53,528 nucleotides of DNA, taken from contig DXGA01000106.1 in assembly GCA_019114165.1 (NCBI GenBank), positions 1 through 53,528 on the forward strand, given 5' to 3'. Positions 35,446-45,370 of the stretch are shown piece after piece (within the stretch, counting starts at the first letter, position 1; each line of letters starts with the position of its first letter). The position numbers and the translations under genes are program-made. The DNA is from Candidatus Flavonifractor merdipullorum (lineage in GTDB: Bacteria > Bacillota > Clostridia > Oscillospirales > Oscillospiraceae). The notes under the pieces were generated by a model. It saw only the letters and a list, made by a program, of their open reading frames with translations, had not been told where the DNA came from and did no database searches.

Positions 35446-36654
35446 TTACATTTCCGGTCCTTGCTGTTCTCTTATCCTGCGGAGTCTGGGCAGGAGGGTG
35501 TCCAGGGCCTCCTTTTCCTGCACCTCCAGCAGCGTGCCGATGAGCTGGTTGGAGACCAGGAAGCCGGAAGGGGTAAAGTGCCACCGGCGCTCTTCCCGGA
35601 CGGCCCAGCCTCTGCGCTCGTACTCCTCCAGCTTCTGCTCGATGGGGTCGAAGTTCATAAAGTATTCTCTCCGGTATTCCCACTCTTCCACGCCCCGGAC
35701 GGTGCGCAGGCGGAGCATAAGGTACTCGCCGCTCCGCTCCCGCTGAGGGATGAGCTCCGACTCATCCACGATGTTTCCCCCGTGGAGGACGCCCTTGATG
35801 TAGCGGTCCAGATCGCGAACAAAGGAATAGCGCCGTCCGCCGAAGTCGGAGTGCGCGCCGGGGCCGAAGCCGATGTAGGGATTTCCCAGCCAGTACTTGA
35901 GGTTGTGCCGGGACTGGAAGCCGTTTTTGGCAAAGTTGGAGATTTCATACTGCTTATAGCCCGCTTCCCTGAGCCGGTCCACCATCCAGAGATACATATC
36001 GGCTTGCAGATCGTCGTCGGGGATGATCTCGCCGCCGGCGACCCGGAGGAAGAGCGGGGTACCCTCTTCCACCTTCAGACCATAACAGGAGAGATGTTCC
36101 GGTTCCAGAGCGATGAGGTCTTCCACCGACTGCTTCCAGCCCTCCATATCCTGCCCGGGCAGACCGTAAATGAGGTCCAGGCTGAGATTTTTGATCTTGG
36201 CGTCACGGACGGCCTGCACGGCCTCTTTGGCCTGCTGGAAGGTATGGGGCCGGTGGAGGTTGGCAAGCTGGGCATCACAGGAGGACTGAACGCCCAGTGA
36301 AATACGGTTGACGCCGGCGCGGCGGAGGGAGGTGAGCATTTTTTTGTCCACGCTGTCGGGGTTGCATTCCACGGTGATCTCGGCGTCGCGGATCACGTCG
36401 AAGCGGCGCTGGATCTCGGCCAAAATATCCCGCAGGCGTTTGGCGCCGAAGAAACTGGGGGTACCGCCGCCGAAGTAGATGGTGTCCACCTGATATCCTT
36501 TGGCCAGGGGCGCAGTCTCGCGGATGTGGGCAATGAGGGCTTTGCGGTAGTCCTCCATCCGGTCCTCCCGTCCCGCCAGCGAGTAGAAGTCGCAGTAATC
36601 ACACTTGCTGCGGCAGAAGGGGATATGAACATAAATACCGAGTTTTCCTGGCAT
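35446..36654 (-). CDS. hemW: Radical SAM heme chaperone (HemN-like)
   Basis: YVHIPFCRSKCDYCDF, YFGGGTPS, YEISNF, HNLKYW; start ATG 36654. Confidence 0.9.
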   Translation of the reverse strand: MPGKLGIYVHIPFCRSKCDYCDFYSLAGREDRMEDYRKALIAHIRETAPLAKGYQVDTIYFGGGTPSFFGAKRLRDILAEIQRRFDVIRDAEITVECNPDSVDKKMLTSLRRAGVNRISLGVQSSCDAQLANLHRPHTFQQAKEAVQAVRDAKIKNLSLDLIYGLPGQDMEGWKQSVEDLIALEPEHLSCYGLKVEEGTPLFLRVAGGEIIPDDDLQADMYLWMVDRLREAGYKQYEISNFAKNGFQSRHNLKYWLGNPYIGFGPGAHSDFGGRRYSFVRDLDRYIKGVLHGGNIVDESELIPQRERSGEYLMLRLRTVRGVEEWEYRREYFMNFDPIEQKLEEYERRGWAVREERRWHFTPSGFLVSNQLIGTLLEVQEKEALDTLLPRLRRIREQQGPEM

Positions 36655-36856
36655 GGGACGACACCTCAATAGAAGAATGACGGCGCACGCAGCGCACATG
36701 CAGCCGTTCTGGTAGATTTTTATTATACCGCGTTTTGGACAGATTGAAAATAGGCGCGATGTCGCTTTTTGCGGAAATTGGCAGAACGGCAAAAGGGATC
36801 CTGATTTTTGGAGTTGGTTATGGTATACTTTCAGCAGAAAAAGGGGGATTACAGCC

Positions 36857-37762
36857 ATGGAAAAGAGGAGCGCCCGCCGTCTGACCCTGACGGTGCCGCC
36901 GGAGCAGGACGGCGTGAAAGTAGACACGTTGCTGCGCCGCACGCTGGGTCTTTCGGGTACGTTGGTGAAGAAGGCCAAGCGCCTCACAGACGGCATTTTG
37001 CTGGACGGCCGCCCGGTCTGGGTGACGGCGTCCGCCCGGGCGGGACAGACCCTGTCGGTGCTGGTGGGCGACTTACCGGATGCAGTGGGGGACATCGCCC
37101 CTGCGCCCGGACCGCTGGACATCGTGTATGAAGACGAGGATATTCTGATTCTGAACAAGTCCGCCGGCGTGGCCATGCACCCCAGTCCGGGCCACGATAC
37201 CGATACGCTGGGGAATTTTGTCGTAAATTATTACAACCAGTGTGGACATAGTCCCATTTTCCGACCGGTGAACCGGCTGGACAAGGGCACGTCGGGGCTG
37301 TTGTGCGCCGCCCAGCACGCCCACGCGCACGAAAAGCTGAAAGAGGCGCTGCACACCCCGGCTTTTCAGCGGGTCTATCTGGCGGTGTGCGAAGGGGTTC
37401 TTCCTGCCCGCTCCGGCGTGATCGACGCCCCCATCGGTCGGGAAGAGGGCTCTTCTATCCGCCGTACGGTTTGCCCCGACGGACTTCCCGCCCAAACGGA
37501 ATACGAAGTGCTGTCCAGCGCCCACGGCCGCAGTCTGGTGCGTCTCACCCTGACCACCGGGCGGACCCATCAGATCCGGGTCCATATGGCCCATATCGGC
37601 TGTCCGCTGACGGGGGATTTTCTTTATGGCACGGAAATAGAAGCCATTTCCCGCCCTGCCCTCCACTCCCATCAACTGACGCTCTGTCATCCGGTGACCG
37701 GACAGCAAATGAGCTGGATGGCTCCCCTGCCTGATGACATGGCCCGTCTCCTGGAGGTCTAA
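36857..37762 (+). CDS. RluA/RluD family pseudouridine synthase
   Basis: S4-like N-terminus, NRLDKGTSG, TGRTHQIRVH, GDFLYG. Confidence 0.94.
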   Translation: MEKRSARRLTLTVPPEQDGVKVDTLLRRTLGLSGTLVKKAKRLTDGILLDGRPVWVTASARAGQTLSVLVGDLPDAVGDIAPAPGPLDIVYEDEDILILNKSAGVAMHPSPGHDTDTLGNFVVNYYNQCGHSPIFRPVNRLDKGTSGLLCAAQHAHAHEKLKEALHTPAFQRVYLAVCEGVLPARSGVIDAPIGREEGSSIRRTVCPDGLPAQTEYEVLSSAHGRSLVRLTLTTGRTHQIRVHMAHIGCPLTGDFLYGTEIEAISRPALHSHQLTLCHPVTGQQMSWMAPLPDDMARLLEV

Positions 37763-37853
37763 GGTTTGACCAGCAGCGTGGAGATTTGCAGGGACAACGG
37801 AGGCACACAGTCCAAGGCAACCTTTGTGGCAGACCGCCCCATTCCACAGATGA

Positions 37854-37887
37854 AAAGAGGTCAGGACCAAACGGTCCTGACCTCTTT
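37854..37887. terminator. Bidirectional terminator
   Basis: AAAGAGGTCAGGACC-AAAC-GGTCCTGACCTCTTT perfect hairpin between convergent genes. Confidence 0.85.
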
Positions 37888-37890
37888 GAT

Positions 37891-38256
37891 TCAATGAAAC
37901 CACCGCTCTCCCAACGAGACGCCAAAGGAAAAGGCGGCGTACAGGGAAAGCAGAAAGAGCACCATCAACCCATATCCAAACAGCAGTCCGGTGACAAACC
38001 GCCTTGGATTGGTACTCTCATAGGAAGTACGCGCCTGGATGACGCCGTCAGCCACCATGGGAATGAGGAGCAGCGCGGCAACCCATACCGGCGGATGCCA
38101 GAAGGCCACGGAACACACCGCAGCCAGTACCCCCGTTACCTCGCCGGTGCAGCGGGCACAGACGGGAAAGGGCCGCCCCTTATAGTGAAAGGAGCGGTCC
38201 TCCCTGCAATGGCACCCGCAAAGAATGGGGAGCCATCGATAAAGCCAGTTCAGCAA
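37891..38256 (-). CDS. DUF2085-like membrane protein
   Basis: CH....RSF, PVCARCTG, DG..Q, STNPRRFVTG. Confidence 0.8.
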   Translation of the reverse strand: MLNWLYRWLPILCGCHCREDRSFHYKGRPFPVCARCTGEVTGVLAAVCSVAFWHPPVWVAALLLIPMVADGVIQARTSYESTNPRRFVTGLLFGYGLMVLFLLSLYAAFSFGVSLGERWFH

Positions 38257-38257
38257 A

Positions 38258-38587
38258 TCAGTAGTACATCATGCTGGTGCCAACGCCCACAACGATAGCC
38301 AAAATGTAGAAGACCACACCGATGCATACCGAGATAAGCGCGCCCATACCAGCCGTCTTAGCGGTGACAGGCTTTTCATCCTTCCAAACCAGGAAGAGGA
38401 TCAGGCCCACAAGAGGGATACAAAAGCCCAACAAGCCCCAACCGAAGCCGCCGTTGTCATAGCTGTTGCGAGGCGGCATGCCGCCGGAGTAGTTATAGTT
38501 GGCGCCGGAGTTCTGCGACGCGCCGCACTTGGGACAAATCATTGTTCCGTCGTTGATCTGGGAACCGCAGTTCTTGCAAAAAGCCAT
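38258..38587 (-). CDS. Zinc-ribbon membrane protein
   Basis: FCKNCG...CPKCG followed by two TM helices (IPLVGLILFLVWK). Confidence 0.8.
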   Translation of the reverse strand: MAFCKNCGSQINDGTMICPKCGASQNSGANYNYSGGMPPRNSYDNGGFGWGLLGFCIPLVGLILFLVWKDEKPVTAKTAGMGALISVCIGVVFYILAIVVGVGTSMMYY

Positions 38588-38723
38588 AGTTTTGCCTCCC
38601 AACTAAAATTGAATCACACAATCACACAAAAGAGGGTGTGCGCAGGATCATTATATCGAATCCTGTCGGCAAGCGCAAGATATTTTCCCTGACCGAAATA
38701 ATTTTTATAAAGCAAACGTCCAG

Positions 38724-40013
38724 TCACATGGAGACCTGATCCAGGGCCTTTTCCAGATCTTTGAGGAGATCTTCCACATCCTCGATGCCCACCGAGAGGC
38801 GCACCAGGTCGGGAGAGATACCGGCGGCCTGCAATTCCTCGTCGTTCATCTGGCGGTGGGTGGTGGAAGCGGGATGGAGCACGCAGGTCTTGGCGTCGGC
38901 CACGTGGGTGGCGATGGAGGCCAGCTCCAGCCCGGCCATGAAGGCCTCGGCGGCGGCGCGCCCGCCCTTGACGCCGAAGGAGACCACGCCGCAGGAGCCG
39001 TTGGGCATATACTTCTGGGCCAGTTCGTGGTGGGGATCGCCGGGGAGACCGGGGTACTTGACCCAGGCCACCTTCTCATGGCTCTGGAGGAACTTGGCCA
39101 CCGTCAGGGCGTTTTCACAGTGGCGGGGCATACGGAGGTGGAGGGTTTCCAGACCCACGTTGAGGAAATAGGCGTTCATGGGGGCGGCGCAGGCGCCGAA
39201 ATCCCGCATGAGCTGTACCGTAGCCTTGGTGATGAAAGCGCCGCCCAGACCAAAGCGCTCGGTGTAGGTCACGCCGTGGTAGCTCTCATCGGGGGTGGTG
39301 AGGCCGGGAAACTTGTCGGCGTGGGCGGTCCAGTCGAAGGTGCCGCCGTCCACGATGGCGCCGCCCACCTGGTTGGCGTGGCCGTCCATGTACTTGGTGG
39401 TGGAGTGGGTGACAATGTCGGCCCCCCACTTGAGGGGCTGGCAGTTGATGGGGGTGGGGAAGGTGTTGTCCACGATGAGGGGCACGCCGTGGGCGTGGGC
39501 CACCCGGGCGAACTTTTCGATGTCCAGCACGGTGAGGGCGGGGTTTGCGATGGTCTCACCGAAGAGGGCCTTGGTGTTGGGGCGGAAAGCGGCGTTCAGC
39601 TCTTCCTCGGAACACTCGGGGTCCACGAAGGTGAACTCCACGCCCATACGGCGCATGGTGACGGCGAAGAGGTTATAAGTGCCGCCGTAGATGGCGGAGG
39701 AAGCCACCACATGGTCGCCGCAGGAGGCGATGTTGAAGATGGCGAAGAAATTGGCGGCCTGACCGGAGGCGGTGAGCATGGCAGCGGTGCCGCCCTCCAG
39801 GGCGCAGATTTTGGCGGCCACCTGATCGCTGGTGGGGTTCTGGAGGCGGGTATAGAAGTAGCCGCTGTCCTCCAGGTCGAAGAGCTTGCCCATGGCCTCG
39901 CCGGTCTCATACCGGAAGGTGGTGGACTGGACGATGGGGATGTTACGGGGCTGTCCGTTTTCGGGGCGGTAGCCTGCGTGGAGGCACTGAGTGCCGGGAT
40001 GCTGCTGGCTCAT
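38724..40013 (-). CDS. metY: O-acetylhomoserine aminocarboxypropyltransferase (sulfhydrylase)
   Basis: YTRLQNPT, SGQAA, ETIANP, VDNTF, HSTTKY, HPASTTHRQ, RLSVGIE. Confidence 0.9.
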   Translation of the reverse strand: MSQQHPGTQCLHAGYRPENGQPRNIPIVQSTTFRYETGEAMGKLFDLEDSGYFYTRLQNPTSDQVAAKICALEGGTAAMLTASGQAANFFAIFNIASCGDHVVASSAIYGGTYNLFAVTMRRMGVEFTFVDPECSEEELNAAFRPNTKALFGETIANPALTVLDIEKFARVAHAHGVPLIVDNTFPTPINCQPLKWGADIVTHSTTKYMDGHANQVGGAIVDGGTFDWTAHADKFPGLTTPDESYHGVTYTERFGLGGAFITKATVQLMRDFGACAAPMNAYFLNVGLETLHLRMPRHCENALTVAKFLQSHEKVAWVKYPGLPGDPHHELAQKYMPNGSCGVVSFGVKGGRAAAEAFMAGLELASIATHVADAKTCVLHPASTTHRQMNDEELQAAGISPDLVRLSVGIEDVEDLLKDLEKALDQVSM

Positions 40014-40100
40014 GTGTGGTCTTCCTTTCTTGCAACGTTGGGATACCCCGTGAAAGGCGGGGCCTGGCGTCCGGTCAGACCGGCGGCGTCAGTGGAAACT

Positions 40101-40129
40101 ATGGTACTTTACCGCGGCAAATTTGTCAA
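40101..40129 (-). promoter_or_regulatory. Sigma-A promoter of metY
   Basis: TTGACA-N17-TACCAT. Confidence 0.7.
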
Positions 40130-41037
40130 CTCTTTTCCAGGGAAGCGTCGGCTTCCAGGGGTTCGCTGAGGTTGATACCGGCCTGCATCCCCAGATTCTG
40201 GCCTTCCACCCGGATCTGTACAGCGCTGACGCCGTCCAGATTGCTGGACATGGTGTTGACCAGGGAATAGAGGCAGAGCTTTATCTGGGCGTCGGTACCG
40301 GAGAAGAGGGCCATAAACTCCTGGGAGAGATCCAGATAGCAGATGCCGTTTTCGGCAACGCCGCTGATGAGGTAGGTGTCGGGCGGCAGGGCCTGACCCA
40401 GACTTTCGGAGAGGGGCCCGGCCAGAAGGGCGCCGAAGACGCCGCTGATCAGGGAATCGCCTTCCACCAGCATCATCTGCCGGTATTCCAGTCCCAGACC
40501 TTCGCCGGAGGTGCGTGGGAACCAGAGGGCGGCGGTATAATAGATGGGCTGCTCCTCGGAGCCGGAGAGGATGACGTCCTCCGGGCGGAGCTGGGTGGTG
40601 GTCTGGAAGGGGAGGGTCTCCCCCTCCACGGTGACCTGCACGGCGTCCACGTCCTCCACCTGGCAGAGGGTAAGGGTCAAACAGTAGTTGGCCAGGGTCA
40701 GGTCGATGCCGGACAATCCGCCGTAGGGTTCGGAGAAGTCCAGGGAGAGAACGCCGTTTTGCAGGCTCCAGCTGCGCAGTTCGGTGCCCTCAGGGAAGGG
40801 GCTGCTCTGGCTGCTCTCATAGGGCTGCTGGAGGAGCAGGTCCAACAACGCGGGGACCACCGCCTGTCCGTCAGGGACGGCATAGGTCTCCGCGGCCACG
40901 GCAGCGCCGTCGGCGTCCTCGGCGGAGCGGTAATAGACCTGATAATTGTGGCTGTCGTCGGCGGAACGGACCAGCACGCAGCCGCTGAGCAGCAGTGCGG
41001 CGGAGAGTCCGGCGGCAGTCAGGGCGACTTTTTTCAT
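40126..41037 (-). CDS. GerMN domain lipoprotein (two GerMN repeats)
   Basis: Lipobox LSGC; LDFS/LDLS, LTLTL/LVNTM, VQVTVEG/VQIRVEG. Confidence 0.85.
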   Translation of the reverse strand: MKKVALTAAGLSAALLLSGCVLVRSADDSHNYQVYYRSAEDADGAAVAAETYAVPDGQAVVPALLDLLLQQPYESSQSSPFPEGTELRSWSLQNGVLSLDFSEPYGGLSGIDLTLANYCLTLTLCQVEDVDAVQVTVEGETLPFQTTTQLRPEDVILSGSEEQPIYYTAALWFPRTSGEGLGLEYRQMMLVEGDSLISGVFGALLAGPLSESLGQALPPDTYLISGVAENGICYLDLSQEFMALFSGTDAQIKLCLYSLVNTMSSNLDGVSAVQIRVEGQNLGMQAGINLSEPLEADASLEKS

Positions 41038-42518
41038 GGTCTCTCCTCCTTCTGCTGCCAGCGGGGAAAGCGGACTTCAAAGCAGCTGCCCGGCTCCGGT
41101 TCTCTCCGGCGGACGGAGACGGAACCACCGTGCTGGCGCACCGTATCCCGGACGATGGAGAGGCCCAGACCGGTGCCGCCGGCGGCGCGGGAGCGGGCCT
41201 TGTCCACCCGGTAGAAGCGGTCAAAGATTTTGGGCAGGTCCTGTTCCGGGATGCCCACGCCGGTATCCTCGATGCGGAGCAGGACGGAATCCAGCTGGGG
41301 TCCGGTCAGAGTGAGGGTGACCATCACCCGTCCGCCGGGCAGGTTATATTTGACGGCGTTTTCCATCAGGTTGAAGGCCACCTGATAGATATCGTCTTCG
41401 GTGGACAGAATGAGACATCCCGGTTCCAGATGCAATTCCAGGGTCACATTGACGGCTCTGGCCAAGGGGGAGAGCATCCGTTCCACCTTTTCGGCCACCT
41501 TGCCCACGTCCACCGGCACCAGCGCAACGGCCCGGCCGTTATCCAGCCGGGTGAGGGCCAGCAGCTTTTCCGTGATGCGGGTGAGGCGCTCGGCCTCTTC
41601 GCCGATGTCGCTCACAAACTCCTGCACCGTCTCAGCGTCCATGCCGTCGTTCTGGAGGATGGAGTCGGTGAGCAGGCGAATGGAGGCCAGGGGGGTTTTC
41701 AGCTCGTGAGAGGCGTCGGAGACAAAGCGGCGGCGGACCTCCTCGGTGGTCTGGAGCCTGCCGGTGAGCTCGTTGAACTCATCGGCCAGCAGGGCCAGCT
41801 CGTCCTTACCGGAGACCGACACCCGGTGGCTGTACTCGCCTTCCCGGACGCTGCGCACGCCGGCCAGCAGCTCCTCCACCCGCCGGGTAACGGCCTTGGA
41901 GAATACCACGCTGAGGATGAGGGCGGCGGCGCACAGCAAAATAGAGATGTTGCGCAAATTGTCCTGAAAGTTCATTAAGAGCTGGGCCTGATCGCTGTCG
42001 TACTCGTAGAGATAGACCGCTCCCTGGGTCATGCCCCGGTAGACCACCGGAGAGGCGGCGCGGCTGCGGAAGGCGCTCTCCCGGTATTCCGAGCGGAAGA
42101 CGTCGTTGCCATGGAGGGCGGTGACCACTTCCCATAAAAGGGCGTACCGTCCCTCGGCGTTGTCCAGCTGGCTGGTGTCGTAGAGGACCCGCCCGGCGGG
42201 GTCGGTGACCATGATGCGGTCCACCCCGGTGATGCCCAATTTGGTCAGGTTTGCCTCCACGCCGTCGGCGGTGAGGGCCTCAGAGCCTGCCAGCGTCGAG
42301 GTGACGATGTCGGTCTGGCGGCGGAGGGAATCTTCTTTGGACTGGAACATCAGACTCTGGGAGATCAGGACGGGATAGGTATTGAGGAAGATGGTCAGGG
42401 CGATGACGATGGCGCCGTAGCTGAGGGTGAACCGGGTCTGGAGGGAGCGGGCAGGCCCTACCAGACGGCGAACCGGACCCCAGTTGGCCAGCCGTTTGAG
42501 CCAGCGGGGCTTATCCAT
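41034..42518 (-). CDS. HAMP-domain sensor histidine kinase
   Basis: Two TM helices, SHELKTPL, NLMENAVKY, DTGVG, FDRFYRVD, GGTGLGL. Confidence 0.95.
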   Translation of the reverse strand: MDKPRWLKRLANWGPVRRLVGPARSLQTRFTLSYGAIVIALTIFLNTYPVLISQSLMFQSKEDSLRRQTDIVTSTLAGSEALTADGVEANLTKLGITGVDRIMVTDPAGRVLYDTSQLDNAEGRYALLWEVVTALHGNDVFRSEYRESAFRSRAASPVVYRGMTQGAVYLYEYDSDQAQLLMNFQDNLRNISILLCAAALILSVVFSKAVTRRVEELLAGVRSVREGEYSHRVSVSGKDELALLADEFNELTGRLQTTEEVRRRFVSDASHELKTPLASIRLLTDSILQNDGMDAETVQEFVSDIGEEAERLTRITEKLLALTRLDNGRAVALVPVDVGKVAEKVERMLSPLARAVNVTLELHLEPGCLILSTEDDIYQVAFNLMENAVKYNLPGGRVMVTLTLTGPQLDSVLLRIEDTGVGIPEQDLPKIFDRFYRVDKARSRAAGGTGLGLSIVRDTVRQHGGSVSVRRREPEPGSCFEVRFPRWQQKEERP

Positions 42519-43194
42519 TTTTGAGGTAATAGCCCACGCCCCACTTGGTCATGAGGTAGGCGGGATGGGCAGGGTCCAGCTCCAGTTTTTCCCGAAGGCG
42601 GCGGATATGGACGTCCACGGTGCGGTAATCGCCGGCGTACTCATAGCCCCACACCACGTTCAGGAGATTTTCCCGGCTGTATACCCGGTTGGGGTTGCGC
42701 ATGAGCAGCTCCATCAGGTCGAATTCCTTGGCCGTCAGATCCACAGGGGTGTTGTCCTTCCAGGCGGCCCGCTCGTCGGGGTCCAGGGTGATGTGTCCCA
42801 CAGTGAGCCGTCCGCCCCGTGCTTTCTGCTGGGTCATGCCGGCCCGGCGGATGAGGGCGCGGATGCGGGCTTTCAGTTCCAGGATGTTAAAGGGTTTTGT
42901 GATGTAATCGTCGGCGCCGCACTCAAAGCCCATGAGCTTGTCGGCGTCCTCGCTGCGTGCGGTGAGCATGATGATGGGCACATTGGAAAACTCCCGGATG
43001 CGCATGCAGGCCTGGAGGCCGTCGATGCGGGGCATCATCAGATCCAGGAGGATGAGGTCGAAGGAGCAGCCCCGGGCCAGCTCCACGGCGGTCTCGCCGT
43101 CGTACCCCACTTCCACCTGGTAGCCTTCGCTCTCCAGGTTGAATTTGATGGCCTTAACGATGACTTTCTCATCATCCACGACTAATATTTTCAA
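42511..43194 (-). CDS. OmpR/PhoB family response regulator
   Basis: ILVVDDE, LDLMMP, GADDYITKPF, RTVDVHIRRLREK, WGVGY. Confidence 0.95.
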   Translation of the reverse strand: MKILVVDDEKVIVKAIKFNLESEGYQVEVGYDGETAVELARGCSFDLILLDLMMPRIDGLQACMRIREFSNVPIIMLTARSEDADKLMGFECGADDYITKPFNILELKARIRALIRRAGMTQQKARGGRLTVGHITLDPDERAAWKDNTPVDLTAKEFDLMELLMRNPNRVYSRENLLNVVWGYEYAGDYRTVDVHIRRLREKLELDPAHPAYLMTKWGVGYYLKNG

Positions 43195-43215
43195 AGATGA
43201 CTCTCCTTTCCGCGG

Positions 43216-43638
43216 TCATTCTACGGTAATGCTGTCTATGATATTGGCCAGAATCCCTTCGCCGATGCCGCTCACCCGGGTCAGATCCTCCGGGATACGG
43301 AAGGGGCCGTTTGCTTCCCGGTCGTCCACGATGGCCTGAGCCCGTTTTTCTCCGATACCGGGGAGGGTCTGAAGCTCTTCCAGACCGGCGGTGTTGATGT
43401 TGATTTTTCCCGTCATCCCGGCGGACGGAACAGCAGAAGATGGGGATGGTTCCGGCTGGGCCGTGGAGGAAGCCGGCGGTTCCACAGCGGTATCCTCTAT
43501 CTTTGCTGCAATGGCGTGACGTTCCACCCGAACGGCGGGAACACGGCCGCTGCCGCTGGACAGCCAACCGACGGAGCAGACAACGCATAGTGCGCACAGT
43601 ACAAGGGAAGCCCATTCAATACCGGAAAATTTTCGCAT
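43216..43638 (-). CDS. comEA: ComEA-like helix-hairpin-helix DNA-binding membrane protein
   Basis: N-terminal TM helix; ININTA, LPGIG, VSGIG HhH motifs; start approximate. Confidence 0.82.
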   Translation of the reverse strand: MRKFSGIEWASLVLCALCVVCSVGWLSSGSGRVPAVRVERHAIAAKIEDTAVEPPASSTAQPEPSPSSAVPSAGMTGKININTAGLEELQTLPGIGEKRAQAIVDDREANGPFRIPEDLTRVSGIGEGILANIIDSITVE

Positions 43639-43768
43639 TTTTCCGCTCCTTTCCGTTGCGCCGCCGGTTGTGGTTTGGTATAATAATTTATAGCACACTT
43701 CTCTCAGGAAGGAAGACCGGAGGATTTCCGGATCTGCTTTAGTATAACATAAATATGGAGCGTTTCCT

Positions 43769-45217
43769 ATGAAAAAAAATCGTATTCTCTCTTTTTTGCT
43801 CTCTCTGGCGCTGGGTGCGTCTCTGCTGAGCGTTCCCGCCCTTGCCGCTGAGATCGACACCCACGCCGCCGCCGAGGGCGAGGTGGTGGAAGAAGTAGAT
43901 ATCCGCCAGACCGCCGATTCCTCTCAGAGCCAGATCATCGCCGATATGCATGTGGAGGCCGGTTCCGCCATTCTGGTGGACGCCGACACCGGCGAGATCC
44001 TCTATGAGCAGGACGCCCACGTCAAGCGCTATCCTGCCTCCATCACCAAGGTCATGACCTGTCTCCTCACCCTGGAGGCGGTGGACCGGGGCGAGCTGGG
44101 TCTGGAGGACGTGGTGACGGCCAGCAGCAACCTGCACACCGGCATTGGCGAAAACGCCTCCACGGCGGACATCAAGGAAGGGGAGCAGCTGCGCATCATC
44201 GACCTTCTGTACGCGGCGCTGATCCCGTCGGCCAACGAGGCGTGCAACGTGCTGGCCGAGGCGGTGTCGGGCAGTGTGGACGCCTTTGTGGACCTGATGA
44301 ACCAGCGGGCTCAGGAGCTGGGCATGGCGGGCACCCACTTTGCCAATACCCACGGCTATCATGACGACGACCACTATACCACCGCTTACGACATCTATCT
44401 CATGAGCCGGGAGGCCATGAAGTACGAGACCTTCCGTACCATCGTCTCCTCCAAGAACTACACCATGCCGGCCACCAACATGAACCCCGAGCGGATCGTC
44501 CGCTCCACCAACGGCCTGATTTCCACCTATAACGTGACGGGCTACTGGTACGAGTACGCCATCGGCGTCAAGACCGGCCACACGCCGGAGGCGGGCTATT
44601 GTCTGTCCGCGGCGGCGGAAAAGAACGGCAAGACCCTGATCTCGGTGGTCATGGACTGCACCCGGGTGGAGGGCACCACCGGCAGCGAGGGCTTTACTTA
44701 CTTTTCCGAGAGCAAGCGCCTTCTGGACTGGGGGTTTTCCAACTTCTCTCAGCAGGTGATTCTGGACGACTCAGCCATGGACTTCCCCGAGGTGGGTGTG
44801 ACCCTTTCCAAGGAAGCGGACTATGTGACGGTCCGTCCCAGCGGTTCGCTCTCCGTGACGCTGCCGGACGACATTGATATCAGCTCCTTTGAGCGGGTGG
44901 TGGACTGCCCCGAGACGGTGGAAGCCCCTGTGGAAGCAGGGCAGAAGCTGGGCACGGTGACCATGACCTATAACGGCCAGGAATACGGCACACTGGACCT
45001 GGTGGCCAACAGCACCGTGGCCCGGTCGGAGCTGCTCTACCGTCTGGATCAGATCCAGCGCTTTTTCAGTCAGCTTTGGGTGCGCGTGGTGCTCATCGTG
45101 CTGGCTGTGGTGCTGGTGGTGCTGGTGATACGCGGCCTGCTCTTTGGCGGACGCCGGGGCGGAAACCGTTACGGCGGCACATCCCGCTCCCGTTACTCCG
45201 GCCGTCGCCGCCGCTGA
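43769..45217 (+). CDS. D-alanyl-D-alanine carboxypeptidase (peptidase S11)
   Basis: Signal peptide; PASITK (SxxK), SAN (SxN), KTG; C-terminal TM anchor with basic tail. Confidence 0.93.
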   Translation: MKKNRILSFLLSLALGASLLSVPALAAEIDTHAAAEGEVVEEVDIRQTADSSQSQIIADMHVEAGSAILVDADTGEILYEQDAHVKRYPASITKVMTCLLTLEAVDRGELGLEDVVTASSNLHTGIGENASTADIKEGEQLRIIDLLYAALIPSANEACNVLAEAVSGSVDAFVDLMNQRAQELGMAGTHFANTHGYHDDDHYTTAYDIYLMSREAMKYETFRTIVSSKNYTMPATNMNPERIVRSTNGLISTYNVTGYWYEYAIGVKTGHTPEAGYCLSAAAEKNGKTLISVVMDCTRVEGTTGSEGFTYFSESKRLLDWGFSNFSQQVILDDSAMDFPEVGVTLSKEADYVTVRPSGSLSVTLPDDIDISSFERVVDCPETVEAPVEAGQKLGTVTMTYNGQEYGTLDLVANSTVARSELLYRLDQIQRFFSQLWVRVVLIVLAVVLVVLVIRGLLFGGRRGGNRYGGTSRSRYSGRRRR

Positions 45218-45238
45218 TCTTTCGCTGTTTTCATTTTT

Positions 45239-45275
45239 AAAAGGACTTGCTGTTTGATGCAGCAGGTCCTTTTTT
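45239..45275 (+). terminator. Intrinsic terminator
   Basis: AAAAGGACTTGCTG...CAGCAGGTCCTTTTTT. Confidence 0.8.
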
Positions 45276-45370
45276 CTTTCTGTGTTGACAAAAGAGGTTT
45301 GTTCTGATAAACTCCAGATGCCGGGAGGTCCCTTGCGACAAACCCATTTTATGTGACAGGAGGCTATTTT

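Noticed and set aside
36655-37176. Long N-terminal extensions of hemW (likewise the AGCS symporter to 31381, Cof to 32513 and terS to 23872)
   Set aside because: They run through divergent genes, a riboswitch or promoter DNA; family motifs and RBSs support the shorter starts.
37763-37850. Possible structured ncRNA after the rluA-family gene
   Set aside because: Only weak pairing, no recognised family motif and no promoter; treated as a 3' UTR.
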